Shown one piece after another: positions 9,793 to 19,433 of a stretch of DNA of 64,000 bases. The stretch comes from Pirellulales bacterium (GTDB lineage: Bacteria > Planctomycetota > Planctomycetia > Pirellulales > PALSA-1355). Within the stretch, counting starts at the first letter, position 1; the number at the start of each line of letters is the position of its first letter. The notes beneath the pieces were generated by a model, which was given only the letters and a program-made list of their open reading frames with translations, ran no database searches and was not told where the DNA came from. Location of the stretch: positions 50,401 through 114,400 of the forward strand of contig JBFWOR010000005.1 in NCBI GenBank assembly GCA_050250435.1, given 5' to 3'. The translations under genes were made by a program, and so were the position numbers.

Positions 9793-11244
9793 ATGGTGCA
9801 CTCGAATTCGGCAAGAATCTCGACGGCAAGCGGCGCAACTCGGATCGCCAGCGGTGTGCTGTTGGCGGTTCTGGCTGCGGTGCTGTCGCGCGCGGCCGTG
9901 GCCGCCGAACCGGGCAGCGCCGCGGAGCCGGGCCAGGCGGACCGTTCTCGACCGAACTTGATCTTCCTGCTCACCGACGACCAGCGTGCCGATACGCTGG
10001 GCTGCATGGGCAACCGGATCATTCGCACGCCAAATATCGACGCCCTGTCGCGGCGCGGCGTGACGTTCGACAACGCCTTCGTCACCACCGCGATTTGCAT
10101 GACCAGCCGGGCCTCGATCCTGACCGGCCAGTACGCGGCGCGGCACGGCGACTGGGATTTCGCGCGCCCGTTTACTCGGGAACAATTGGCGGCGACTTAT
10201 CCGGCGCAACTCAAAGCGGCCGGCTATCACGTGGGCTTTATCGGCAAGTGGGGCGTCGGAGATCCGCCGCGGACGTTGTTCGACTACGATCGCACGTTTG
10301 GGGGCCAGGGCAAATACCTCGTGCAGCACAACGGCCAGCCGATCCACCTGACGCGGCTGATGGGCGAGCAGGCGCTGGAGTTTCTGGCCGGAGCGCCGGC
10401 CGACAAGCCGTTTGCGCTGTCGATGAGTTTCAAAGCGCCCCACGTGCAAGACTCGGAGAGTGTCCATTTGCAGCCGTTCGTGCACGATCCGGCGCACGCC
10501 TCGTGGTACGCGGACACGATCATTCCGCAGCCCAGGCTGGCAGCGAACGAGTATTTTGAGCGGTTGCCGGATTTTTTGAAGGACTCGGAAAACCGGGCAC
10601 GCTGGGCCGCACGATTTTGGGGTCCGGCCCGATATCAACAGTGCGTTCGAGGCTACTACCGGCTGATTACCGAAGTGGACGACGAGGTGGGCCGGATCGT
10701 CGCCGAGCTTGAGAAGCGGAAGCTGACCGATAACACGGTCATCGTCTTCACGTCGGACCACGGGTTCTATCTGGGCGAATATGGGTTCGCCGGCAAGTGG
10801 TACGCGCATGAAGTTTCCATTCGCGTGCCGCTGATTGTGTGTGACCCGCGGCTGGGGGCGGAGCGGCGCGGCACCCGCTGCACAGAGATGGCGCTCAATA
10901 TCGACCTGGCGCCCACGCTGCTGGCGTTGGCGGGGACAAGGGTACCGTCCGGAATGCAGGGCCAGAGCCTCGTGCCGTTAGTGGCCGGAGAGCGGCCTGC
11001 GTGGCGCGACGAATTCTTCTACGAGCATCATTTCGAGCATCCGCGGATTCCGCCGAGCGAAGGCGTGCGCAGCAAGCGCTGGAAGTACATGCGGTTTGTC
11101 GATTCCGAGCCGCTGTACGAGGAATTGTACGACCTGGCCGCCGATCCGCTCGAAGAATTCAACCTGGCCGGCGCGAAGGAACATGCCGAGACGCTAGCCG
11201 AAATGCGCGGCAAATGGCAGCACTGGCGCGAAGCGGCGAAGTGA
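9793..11244 (+). CDS. Sulfatase (S1 family, formylglycine-dependent), exported
   Basis: RPNLIFLLTDDQR, TPNIDAL, CMTSRASILTG, GKW, TSDHG, YDLAADPLE. Confidence 0.93.
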   Translation: MVHSNSARISTASGATRIASGVLLAVLAAVLSRAAVAAEPGSAAEPGQADRSRPNLIFLLTDDQRADTLGCMGNRIIRTPNIDALSRRGVTFDNAFVTTAICMTSRASILTGQYAARHGDWDFARPFTREQLAATYPAQLKAAGYHVGFIGKWGVGDPPRTLFDYDRTFGGQGKYLVQHNGQPIHLTRLMGEQALEFLAGAPADKPFALSMSFKAPHVQDSESVHLQPFVHDPAHASWYADTIIPQPRLAANEYFERLPDFLKDSENRARWAARFWGPARYQQCVRGYYRLITEVDDEVGRIVAELEKRKLTDNTVIVFTSDHGFYLGEYGFAGKWYAHEVSIRVPLIVCDPRLGAERRGTRCTEMALNIDLAPTLLALAGTRVPSGMQGQSLVPLVAGERPAWRDEFFYEHHFEHPRIPPSEGVRSKRWKYMRFVDSEPLYEELYDLAADPLEEFNLAGAKEHAETLAEMRGKWQHWREAAK

Positions 11245-11274
11245 AGCGGTTGCGGCGCGGCAGAACTCATCCGC

Positions 11275-13203
11275 CTAGCGCGGCCGGGCCGCGCTTTGAC
11301 GCATGGTTTGCCAGGCATGTTCCAGCTGCTCGCGCGTGGTATCGGGCAGGTTGCCCCGCGCGTATGCCACGCGCACGTAGAGCTCGGTCAGATTGCGAGC
11401 GTCGGCGGCCATGAATGTGTTGAGCTTGCTCACGTCACGCGCCAGTTCGTGCGGGGTCTGATCGGGCTCGCGCTCGCAGCCATGTTCGCGGGCCCAGGCT
11501 TCGAAGGCCTCGAACGAGTAGCGCACCAGCTCCGACAGCGGATAACGGCCGGCGACGCCCGAGGCGAACGGGTCAGCATAGGTAGAAAACGGCGCGGGCG
11601 GCACTTTGATTTCGACGGGTTCATCGCCGGCGACTCCCGCCGCGCGGCGCCCGCCCCACAGGCCGTTCCAGAAATCTCGCAGACCTTGGAGAAAGTTGCG
11701 CAGGGCGGCCAGCACTTCGGCCCGATAGCGCCACAGGGCGTAGGCGATTGCCAGCGCGACGACTGCATAGAAGGCCCATTGCAACAGCTGCGCCAGGAAA
11801 CTGACCGGCGGCGGTACGATGTTGGGCAAATTGGGCGGTGGCGCGGGCTGTTCGGCCGGTTGCGCAGCCGATGGCGAGGGTTCGCCTTGCTGCTCGGCAG
11901 GTTTGGGCGCGGCGTTCTGTTGTTCCGCACTTTGCTGCTGAGCGCTTTGCTGCTGAGGGTCTTTCTGCTGAGGAGCCTTTTGCTGAGCATCAGTTTGCTG
12001 TGAGTCGTTCTGCTGTGAGTCGCTTTCTTCGGTGCCATTTCGCTCGTCCGCCGACTTCGAATCCTGGCCGCCGTCAGCCTCGTTGCTCCCCTGCCCTGCC
12101 GCTTTGCCTGGCGACTGGCTTTTCTCGCCGGCCGGGCCCTGCGAGTTGTCACTGCTGTCGGGCGACGGTTCGCCAGCGGCGTTTTGGCCGGTGCTGGATC
12201 CCGGCGGAGCGTCTTGCTCTGGCTCCTGCGCCGGCGCGGGGCCGGGCTGCTCGTCCTGGACACCTTCGCGCGGGACGGGGGCCATGCGTGAGGCGTTGCG
12301 ATCGGGTGAGCCCACGCTGAACGGCAATTGGGAGATCGCGTATTCGGCGCTGGGACGCGGCAAGAGGGCCGACACGACGAGCAGCATCACAATCAGCACG
12401 GCGCCGATTCCCAGCCAGAAGTTGGCCATCGCGGTGGGCATTTCCACGCGCCGCTGCCGCAGATAGCGGCGCAGACCGAGGAAGCTCGTCGTCAACAACA
12501 GGCCCATGCCGGCGGCCACATAGACGCTCAACAGCCAGAAAGTGTAGCGGCGGGTGCCGGTTTCGCTGACGGGAATGAACCACTGGCCGATGCCGAAGAG
12601 CGGCAGCGCAGCCAGCGAAAAATAAACGACCCACACGCCGGGTGCGTGCGGCCGCCGCTGGTTCTCGACGTAGCGCTGCCACCAGCCGGCGCGCGCCTCG
12701 CGCGTGGTCGTGCCTTCCAGGGCGTGGGCCGCGAGCTGTTCGGCCGCGGTGCCTTTTGCGGCGGCACCCTCCAGCCCCACCGCCTGCAACAGGCCCTCGC
12801 CACTGGCGTCCTGCGTATCGTCGATGACCGTGCAGTCCCAGGTGAGTTTGTGCGCACACCACCAGGCCAGCCCAATCAGGCCCCAGTTGAGAATCGGTCC
12901 GACGCGTTCGATCCACCCACCGTGCAGCTCCACAAAGCGATTGACGGCGATGCCAACCACCAAGGCCAGCGCAATGCCGAACGGCATGGCCCGCTCCAGC
13001 CCCTCCTCGATCGAGATGCGGCCGACGAGCACGGCCGCGAATACGAAGCAGGCCATCACCCAATTCAAGCGCGCGGGATATTCGCCTTGATAGAAGACAG
13101 CGATCAGAAAAAACACCAGGCTACCGACCAGCAGCATGATGAGCGCCGGGCTGATGGCGATCACCACATAGTCGGCCATGGTCTGATGCAGTCGCTTGGC
13201 CAT
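11275..13203 (-). CDS. Multi-TM membrane protein with C-terminal DUF4129-like domain
   Basis: 7-8 TM helices, Q/S/P-rich linker, C-terminal REPDQTPHELA...LYVRVAYA resembling DUF4129. Follows moxR-DUF58. Confidence 0.75.
   Translation of the reverse strand: MAKRLHQTMADYVVIAISPALIMLLVGSLVFFLIAVFYQGEYPARLNWVMACFVFAAVLVGRISIEEGLERAMPFGIALALVVGIAVNRFVELHGGWIERVGPILNWGLIGLAWWCAHKLTWDCTVIDDTQDASGEGLLQAVGLEGAAAKGTAAEQLAAHALEGTTTREARAGWWQRYVENQRRPHAPGVWVVYFSLAALPLFGIGQWFIPVSETGTRRYTFWLLSVYVAAGMGLLLTTSFLGLRRYLRQRRVEMPTAMANFWLGIGAVLIVMLLVVSALLPRPSAEYAISQLPFSVGSPDRNASRMAPVPREGVQDEQPGPAPAQEPEQDAPPGSSTGQNAAGEPSPDSSDNSQGPAGEKSQSPGKAAGQGSNEADGGQDSKSADERNGTEESDSQQNDSQQTDAQQKAPQQKDPQQQSAQQQSAEQQNAAPKPAEQQGEPSPSAAQPAEQPAPPPNLPNIVPPPVSFLAQLLQWAFYAVVALAIAYALWRYRAEVLAALRNFLQGLRDFWNGLWGGRRAAGVAGDEPVEIKVPPAPFSTYADPFASGVAGRYPLSELVRYSFEAFEAWAREHGCEREPDQTPHELARDVSKLNTFMAADARNLTELYVRVAYARGNLPDTTREQLEHAWQTMRQSAARPR
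11917..12021 (-). repeat. Intragenic 15-bp degenerate tandem repeat (xxxQQ pentapeptides)
   Basis: Encodes DSQQ NDSQQ TDAQQ KAPQQ KDPQQ QSAQQ QSAEQQ. TGCTG recurs every 15 nt. Confidence 0.7.
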
Positions 13204-13223
13204 CTTCGTCTCCGCGCAATTGT

Positions 13224-14531
13224 TTAGCGCAGGGCGTGCAGGCGGCAGATTTCACTCACGGCCGCCTCGTCCTTCAAGTGCCTGGTTTCAATGCGTTCGG
13301 CCAGCAGTTTGCCGGCGGCCTCGGCGTAGTCGCGCTCTTCGAAGACGTTGACGATGGCGGTGACCGCGAACCCGCGCCGCCGCAGATTTCCCAAGGCCAC
13401 GGCCGATTCTTCGGTGACGCTCGTGACGATGGCCACCACGGTGGCATCGCGCGGCAGCCGGCTGCCGGTTTCGGAAACCAGTTGCGCGAGGTTCAGCCCG
13501 TCGGTCAATTCTACCCGGGCCAGCGTTTCCAGAATGCGCATCAGCTGGTCTTCGCCGCGACGCGTGTCGACCACCAGCGGCGCCAGGCGATCGCTCGCGT
13601 CGAGCATGTTGGCCGCCTGTTGGGCGGCGCTACGGGTGCGGAAATCGAAATCCCAGCCTTCCTGGCGGATGCGATCGGCAGCGTCGCGGCCGTTGCTGAC
13701 CAGGCCCACTTGCTGGCCCATCAGATACACGGCGTTGGCCAGCGAGGCGGCGGCCGTTACTGCCAGCTCCGAACGATAGGGCTCGTGCCGGCTCTCGAAT
13801 CCCGCGGAGTGAAAATCGAGCACGATCGTGGCGCCGGCCACGGTCGACGGCTCGTACACCTTGCTGTGCAGCGTGCCGGTGCGGGCCGTGGCACGCCAGT
13901 GGATGCGATTCAGCGGATCGCCCGATTCATAGCGTCGCACGCCGGCCACGCGCGTGGGGTCTTCGAACAGCCGGTAGCTCATGCGCACTTCGCCAATTGG
14001 CCGGCGCGAAGCGATGTCGAAGCCGGTGAGCGGCTGCACGTCGGGATAGACCAGCAGAAAGTGCGGCTCCGTGGCCACGTGAAAGCGGCGGTGCAGGCCG
14101 AACACGTCGCCCGTCTCCACAACGAGCGGCCCAATCTGGTAGTAGCCACGGCGATTGCAGCGCACCTGGTAGAACAGCGTTTTGCGGCCGCGGCCGGTAA
14201 ACATGGCCAACTGCAGTCGGCGGCCGGTGACGCGCAGGCTGGGCGGATCGTACACGATCGCCTGGCGCGGCAAGAGGTCCTCGACCAGCAGCCACGCGAC
14301 GGGCAAGGCGCCTTTGTTCGTGATGGTGATCACCACGGCCACGTCTTCGCCCACGTTGGCCGTCAGGCGGTTGCACTCGCGCTGGGCGTCGAGATTGTCG
14401 CTCCACGAGCGGGCCAGAAAGCGGCTCACCAGCATGATGCCCAGCAAGGCATACATGGCGTAGGCCAAGAGACCCAGGTGGAAAACCAAGGCCACGACCA
14501 AAAGCAGCGTGGCGCCCAGAAACCACTTCAT
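13224..14531 (-). CDS. DUF58 domain protein (MoxR-associated)
   Basis: RRGYYQIGP, GDVFGL, LVYP, VRRYESGDPLNRIHWRATAR. ATG overlaps the moxR stop (ATGA). Confidence 0.92.
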   Translation of the reverse strand: MKWFLGATLLLVVALVFHLGLLAYAMYALLGIMLVSRFLARSWSDNLDAQRECNRLTANVGEDVAVVITITNKGALPVAWLLVEDLLPRQAIVYDPPSLRVTGRRLQLAMFTGRGRKTLFYQVRCNRRGYYQIGPLVVETGDVFGLHRRFHVATEPHFLLVYPDVQPLTGFDIASRRPIGEVRMSYRLFEDPTRVAGVRRYESGDPLNRIHWRATARTGTLHSKVYEPSTVAGATIVLDFHSAGFESRHEPYRSELAVTAAASLANAVYLMGQQVGLVSNGRDAADRIRQEGWDFDFRTRSAAQQAANMLDASDRLAPLVVDTRRGEDQLMRILETLARVELTDGLNLAQLVSETGSRLPRDATVVAIVTSVTEESAVALGNLRRRGFAVTAIVNVFEERDYAEAAGKLLAERIETRHLKDEAAVSEICRLHALR

Positions 14532-15487
14532 GACACACGACTTTCGGCACTCAGAGTGGGAACCGGAATCTCGCTTAAGATTTCGTCGACAATTGCAGCG
14601 GCGGTCACTTTGCGCAGCCGGCTCTCGGGGCGCACGATCAGCCGGTGCGTCAGCACGGCCGGCGCCACGCGCTTGACGTCGTCGGGCAGGACGAAGCTGC
14701 GCCCCAGGATGGCCGCCATGGCCTGGCCCGTGCGAAACAGTGCCAGCGACGCGCGCGGACTGGCGCCCAGGCTCAGGTCGCTGTGTTCGCGCGTTTCGTG
14801 AACGATTTGCATGAGATAGCGGCGCACCTTGTCGTCCACGTGAATTTCGCGCACGGCACGCTGGGCGGCCAGCAGATCGGCGGCGGTCACTACGGGCTCG
14901 ACATTGTCCACCGGATGTCCGTGCTCCAGCAGCTCGAGCATTTTTAGTTCCTGATCCATACTCGGGTAGCCGAGACTGAAGCGCACCAAAAAGCGGTCGA
15001 GCTGGGCCTCGGGCAGCGGAAAGGTGCCCTCGTGATCGACCGGGTTCTGCGTGCCAATGACCAGAAACGGCCGCTCCAGAGTGTGGGTCATACCGTCGAC
15101 CGTGACGCGACCCTCGCCCATGGCCTCCAGCAGCGCCGACTGCGTGCGCGGCGTGGCGCGGTTGATTTCGTCGGCCAGCACGATCTGCGCGAAGATCGGG
15201 CCGGCACGGAACTCGAAATCCGTGGTGCGGGGGTTGAAGATCGAGGCGCCGGTGACGTCGGTGGGCAGCAAGTCGGGCGTGCACTGCACGCGGCGGAACG
15301 AGCAGCCGACGCTGCCCGCCAACGCGCGGGCCAGCATGGTTTTGGCCACGCCGGGGACGTCTTCCAGAAGGATGTGGCCCTCGCAAAACCAGGAGACCAG
15401 CGAGAGCACGATCTGCGATCGCTTGCCGACGATCACTTGCTCGACGTTGGCGATGATTTTCTTGGCTGTCGCAGCGGCTTCCGCCAT
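14528..15487 (-). CDS. moxR: MoxR family AAA+ ATPase
   Basis: LLEDVPGVAKT Walker A, TPDLLPTDVTG, LADEINRATPRTQSALLEAM, QNPVDHEGTFPLPEAQLDRF, GASPRAS. Confidence 0.96.
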   Translation of the reverse strand: MAEAAATAKKIIANVEQVIVGKRSQIVLSLVSWFCEGHILLEDVPGVAKTMLARALAGSVGCSFRRVQCTPDLLPTDVTGASIFNPRTTDFEFRAGPIFAQIVLADEINRATPRTQSALLEAMGEGRVTVDGMTHTLERPFLVIGTQNPVDHEGTFPLPEAQLDRFLVRFSLGYPSMDQELKMLELLEHGHPVDNVEPVVTAADLLAAQRAVREIHVDDKVRRYLMQIVHETREHSDLSLGASPRASLALFRTGQAMAAILGRSFVLPDDVKRVAPAVLTHRLIVRPESRLRKVTAAAIVDEILSEIPVPTLSAESRVS

Positions 15488-15588
15488 GGCGGTCAGGGCC
15501 CTGTCCCGTGGGGCAATCGAATTCAGAAGAGGGGAATGTTCATGCTAACCACGGGCGCGGGCATTCGCCACTGGGCCGCGGCGCCACC

Positions 15589-16521
15589 CTAGGCCGGCTG
15601 GCGCTGCGGGTGCAAGTAGATGAAGCTCTTGCCCAGGCGGCCGCCGTAGTTGCCGGCGGAGATGCGCACCAGGCCGGGCGTCTCGACCGCCGCGGCAATC
15701 GCCCGATGCGTGGCCACGGCGATGGCCGCCAGGTCACGGCCGTTGATGATGATCTCCATGACCGAGCCAACGCCCGGCGGCAGCTTGCTCTGGGAGCCGA
15801 GCTTGTCGCGCAGCGTGGGACAAAACTCCGCATACGTGCTGGCTATGGAGAATTTGTAGCGACTGCCGGCCTTCGAGCCGCTGGCCGCAACGCCGCCCGG
15901 AAAGGGCATGATCACGCCGGGCACGTCGACCACGGCGCGGCAGCCACGCTCGGCCGCCTCGAGCGCGGAATCCACGTCGCGCCCCATCAGCCACAGGTTG
16001 CCGCCCATCAGCCCGTCGCGATAGCCGAAGCGGCGGTCGATGACGAACTCTCCGCCCAGGATCGGCACGACCCAGACGGGCCGGTCCGAGCGGCGGTCGC
16101 GAAACTGATGGCCGTCGCCGAAAAAGGCCAGCTTGCGGCCGAGCTTAAAAAACTCGGGCGTGTCGAGCACGTTGAAGCAGGCCGTGGTGGGACACGTCAG
16201 AACGTTCTGGCTCACGCGCACCAACAGCGAGCGCTCCAGCGCCTGAACACGGTCTTTGCGAAACCGCGGCACGTGAAATTGCACGATCGCGCCGGGCCGC
16301 CCGTCGGGCGTGGTGAACGATGTGTCGCCGCCGGGGCCCACGTAGCGATCCAGCCCGGCCTCGCAATCGCACATGATGGTGCTGGAGGCGTTGCCCGTGG
16401 CCGCGGCCAGGGCATGATCGAGCCAGGTGCGGTCGCGGGCCGTGATCAGGATCTCGGCGTAGATGCTGCGAAACGCCTCGGCGTAGGTATCTTCCACCTC
16501 GGCGCGAGCCGGAGTTGCCAC
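15589..16521 (-). CDS. ftr: Formylmethanofuran--tetrahydromethanopterin N-formyltransferase (Ftr/FhcD family)
   Basis: EDTYAEAF, ATGNASSTIMCDCEAG, TPDGRPG, QNVLTCPTTACFN, FFGDG, GGNL, PFPGG..SGSK, CPTL, EIIING, ISAGNYGGRLG. GTG start 4 nt after the upstream stop. Confidence 0.93.
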   Translation of the reverse strand: MATPARAEVEDTYAEAFRSIYAEILITARDRTWLDHALAAATGNASSTIMCDCEAGLDRYVGPGGDTSFTTPDGRPGAIVQFHVPRFRKDRVQALERSLLVRVSQNVLTCPTTACFNVLDTPEFFKLGRKLAFFGDGHQFRDRRSDRPVWVVPILGGEFVIDRRFGYRDGLMGGNLWLMGRDVDSALEAAERGCRAVVDVPGVIMPFPGGVAASGSKAGSRYKFSIASTYAEFCPTLRDKLGSQSKLPPGVGSVMEIIINGRDLAAIAVATHRAIAAAVETPGLVRISAGNYGGRLGKSFIYLHPQRQPA

Positions 16522-16525
16522 GCGA

Positions 16526-17116
16526 TTACCGCCCCTTCCCGTCGTAGATCGCCTGCTCGGTGATGATCTTATCCATGAAGATATCGTGCGGCTGCGTGGG
16601 AATTTCGGGAAACAACTGGCACTCGAAGGCCAACGCCACCAGCGAAGCGTCGGGCCGGGCATGTTCCAACAGCTTGTCGTAGTAGCCAAAGCCGTGACCC
16701 ATCCGCGCTCCGCGCCGATCGAACGCCACGCCAGGCACCATGATCAGGTCCACGTCGCGCACGTCGACGCGCTTGTCCGGCAGCTCGCGCAGCTCGGGCT
16801 TGGGCTCCAGGATCTTGTACATGCCGATCGCCAGCTCGTCCATGTTCGACAGCTCGAACAGCTCGAGCACGTCGTTCACGCAGTACGGCACGGCAATTCG
16901 CTTGCCGCTGGCCAACAGGTCGGGCAGAAATTGCCGCGTGCGCACCTCGGTCCGCACGTCGATATAGGCCAGCACGCAGCGGGCCGCATCGAATTGCGGC
17001 AAGGCCGCAAACTTGCCGCAGATCTCCGCGCTCAATTCGTCTTTATGCTCTTGCGCGCGGCGATTGGCGTGGGCCTGCTCGCGAATTGCTTTCTTGACTT
17101 CTGGGGTGTCCATCAT
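16526..17116 (-). CDS. 5-formyltetrahydrofolate cyclo-ligase
   Basis: KKAIR N-terminus, EVRT, ILEP, DLIMVPGVAFDRRGARMGHGFGYYDK, PHDIFMDKIITE. Confidence 0.95.
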   Translation of the reverse strand: MMDTPEVKKAIREQAHANRRAQEHKDELSAEICGKFAALPQFDAARCVLAYIDVRTEVRTRQFLPDLLASGKRIAVPYCVNDVLELFELSNMDELAIGMYKILEPKPELRELPDKRVDVRDVDLIMVPGVAFDRRGARMGHGFGYYDKLLEHARPDASLVALAFECQLFPEIPTQPHDIFMDKIITEQAIYDGKGR

Positions 17117-17190
17117 GCGTGGCTGATGCGGGTGTATGCCCGCGGGCGAGCCTTACTGTCCGCCGCTAACTCCGCTGGCATTTCGACCCT

Positions 17191-17218
17191 ATCGTACTGG
17201 CTGGCGCGGCAAAGGCAA
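17191..17218 (-). promoter_or_regulatory. Putative promoter of cyclo-ligase/ftr unit
   Basis: Minus strand TTGCCT-N16-TACGAT. Confidence 0.4.
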
Positions 17219-17472
17219 TCGACAATGAGAAGGGCCGGCTGTTCAGCCCGGCGCGGTACCGGCCGACGCATGTCATGAACGACCTGCGCTTGCGAACGAC
17301 CGCGGCGTCCTAATAGTGTGTTGCTGGCCGATTCCGGCCAGGAAGGTCGATAGATGACCGCCTCGGAAAGTGCTAAATTGCTGATCGATGCAACACCATA
17401 GCCTCTCGGTCAAAATGCAAACTCGCGCTCGCTATCATTCCGGCATCAGCGATCAACGCCAAGGCACGACCG

Positions 17473-18018
17473 ATGAATGACGACTTTGTCACGCTTTATT
17501 CCTTCGACCGGTGGGCGAACAGCACCATGCTCGACGCGTGCCGGAAACTCTCGCCGGAACAGTATGCGGCCGAGCCGATCCCTGGTTGGCCGCCTGTTCG
17601 TTTCACCATCTACCACCTTGCCGCGGTCACCGACACCTGGGTGCGTGGTCTCGTCTACGATCCGGATCAGAGTTTTCCAGCCGAAGCCGAGGTTCCAACG
17701 CCAGACGCCGCAGCAAAAATGCTCGACCGGGCCTACAGGAATCTCGACAAGCTGCTTCCCTCGCTTACATCAGAACGATTGATGACGCCGCAAAACTTTC
17801 TATGTGGCGGCCAGGTCGTGGTGGCACCGCCGTGGGCCGTGCTGCGACATGTCATTAATCACGCTACCTATCACCGTGGCCAGATCGCGTCAAAGCTCAA
17901 ACGGTTCGGCATCCAGCTGCCGGACACCGACTTAATCGATTGGGTGATCGCCGAGTCCGCCTGCACACACTACTCGCCTAAGGCCGCTATGGCTTGCGGG
18001 CCAGCAACACACAGTTAG
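17473..18018 (+). CDS. DinB family protein
   Basis: YSFDRWAN, YHL, HVINHATYHRGQI metal-binding His triad. Confidence 0.9.
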   Translation: MNDDFVTLYSFDRWANSTMLDACRKLSPEQYAAEPIPGWPPVRFTIYHLAAVTDTWVRGLVYDPDQSFPAEAEVPTPDAAAKMLDRAYRNLDKLLPSLTSERLMTPQNFLCGGQVVVAPPWAVLRHVINHATYHRGQIASKLKRFGIQLPDTDLIDWVIAESACTHYSPKAAMACGPATHS

Positions 18019-18206
18019 GACACTACCCGAACGACGACCCGGCAAATGCTGGCGACCACTTTTTGGTTCGGCGTATCGCTGGCAGAATGAGCGGGCGCTG
18101 GTAGTGGCCCGCGCGGAGCCGCCGGGATAAACTTGCGGATGAGCGAACACTTGTTGCCGCCTCGCCCAGCCCCGCCCGGCGGCCTTTCTTGTCCCACGAG
18201 CCCATC

Positions 18207-19379
18207 ATGACCAGTTCCTATCTCATTGCCGGTTGCCGCACACCCATTGGAAAAATGTTGGGCACTCTGTCGTCAGTGCCGGCGCCGCGGCTCGGTGCGG
18301 TCGCGGTGGCCGAGGCGATTCGCCGGGCGGGCGTGCCGCTCGACGCGGTCGACGAAGTCATCATGGGCAACGTGCTGCCGGCAGGTTTAGGTCAGGCTCC
18401 CGCGCGGCAGGCCGCCTTGCACGCCGGACTGCCCGACACGATCGCGGCCCTGACCATCAACAAGGTGTGCGGTTCCGGGTTGAAGGCCGTCATGCTCGCC
18501 GACCAGGCCATTCGGGCCGGAGACTCGCGGATCATCGTCGCCGGTGGAATGGAAAACATGAGTCGGGCCCCGTTTCTGATCAGCGGGGCCCGCGAAGGCT
18601 GGCGCTTTGGCGATCAGCAAGTGCGCGACAGCATGTCGTACGACGGGCTGTGGTGCGCGTTCGAGGACATTCCGATGGGAGCCGAGGCCGACTACATCGC
18701 CTCGTCGCGCGGGGTGTCGCGGGCCGATCAGGACGCGTTCGCCCTGGAGAGCCATCGCCGGGCCGTGGCCAGGGCCGGCAAACAGCTCGACGAGATCGTG
18801 AGCGTAACCGTCGCGGGGCGCAAGGGCGATACGGTCGTGAGTCAGGACGAAGGGCCGCGGCCCGACACATCGCTGGAAGGCCTGGCCAGACTGCGGCCGT
18901 CGTTTGGCTCCGGCGGCACAGTTACGGCCGGCAACGCCTCGCAGATCAGCGACGGCGCGGCCGCCTTGGTCGTGGCGAATGAGGAGATTGCCCGCGCGAG
19001 CCGCGCGCCGATCAAGGCCCGCATCATCGCGTCCGCCACCAGCGGCGTAGCGCCCAAGGAGATTTTCATAGCGCCGATCACTGCCGTGCAAAGGGTGCTG
19101 GCCAAGGCACAAATGACGCTGGCGGACATCGACCTGATTGAGCTGAACGAAGCTTTTGCTGCGCAATGCCTGGCTTGCATGCGGCCGCTCGAGGCCGATC
19201 CGTCGAAGACGAACGTGCATGGCGGGGCGATCGCGCTGGGACATCCGATTGGCGCGAGCGGGGCCCGCGTGCTCGTCACCTTGCTCTATGCGCTGGCCGA
19301 GCGCGGGCTGAAGCGCGGCCTGGCCTCGCTCTGCCTGGGCGGCGGCAACGCGGTGGCGATGATTGTGGAGCGGGTGTAG
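18207..19379 (+). CDS. Acetyl-CoA C-acetyltransferase (thiolase)
   Basis: RTPIG, GQAPARQA, NKVCGSG, NEAFA, GHPIGASG, CLGGG. Confidence 0.96.
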   Translation: MTSSYLIAGCRTPIGKMLGTLSSVPAPRLGAVAVAEAIRRAGVPLDAVDEVIMGNVLPAGLGQAPARQAALHAGLPDTIAALTINKVCGSGLKAVMLADQAIRAGDSRIIVAGGMENMSRAPFLISGAREGWRFGDQQVRDSMSYDGLWCAFEDIPMGAEADYIASSRGVSRADQDAFALESHRRAVARAGKQLDEIVSVTVAGRKGDTVVSQDEGPRPDTSLEGLARLRPSFGSGGTVTAGNASQISDGAAALVVANEEIARASRAPIKARIIASATSGVAPKEIFIAPITAVQRVLAKAQMTLADIDLIELNEAFAAQCLACMRPLEADPSKTNVHGGAIALGHPIGASGARVLVTLLYALAERGLKRGLASLCLGGGNAVAMIVERV

Positions 19380-19433
19380 GCGGAGCACGCGATGCGCGCG
19401 AGTGGCCTGCGGCCCATTCACGGCACGGCCAGA

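Noticed and set aside
7494-10100. 868-aa minus-strand ORF
   Set aside because: Arg/Gly/Pro-rich off-frame reading across three well-supported genes, as expected in high-GC DNA.
9793-11244. CMTSR and CSASR (44189-45619) as inactive sulfatase motifs
   Set aside because: The Cys and Arg of the formylglycine motif and the metal-binding Asp residues are intact, and variation at the Pro position is known.
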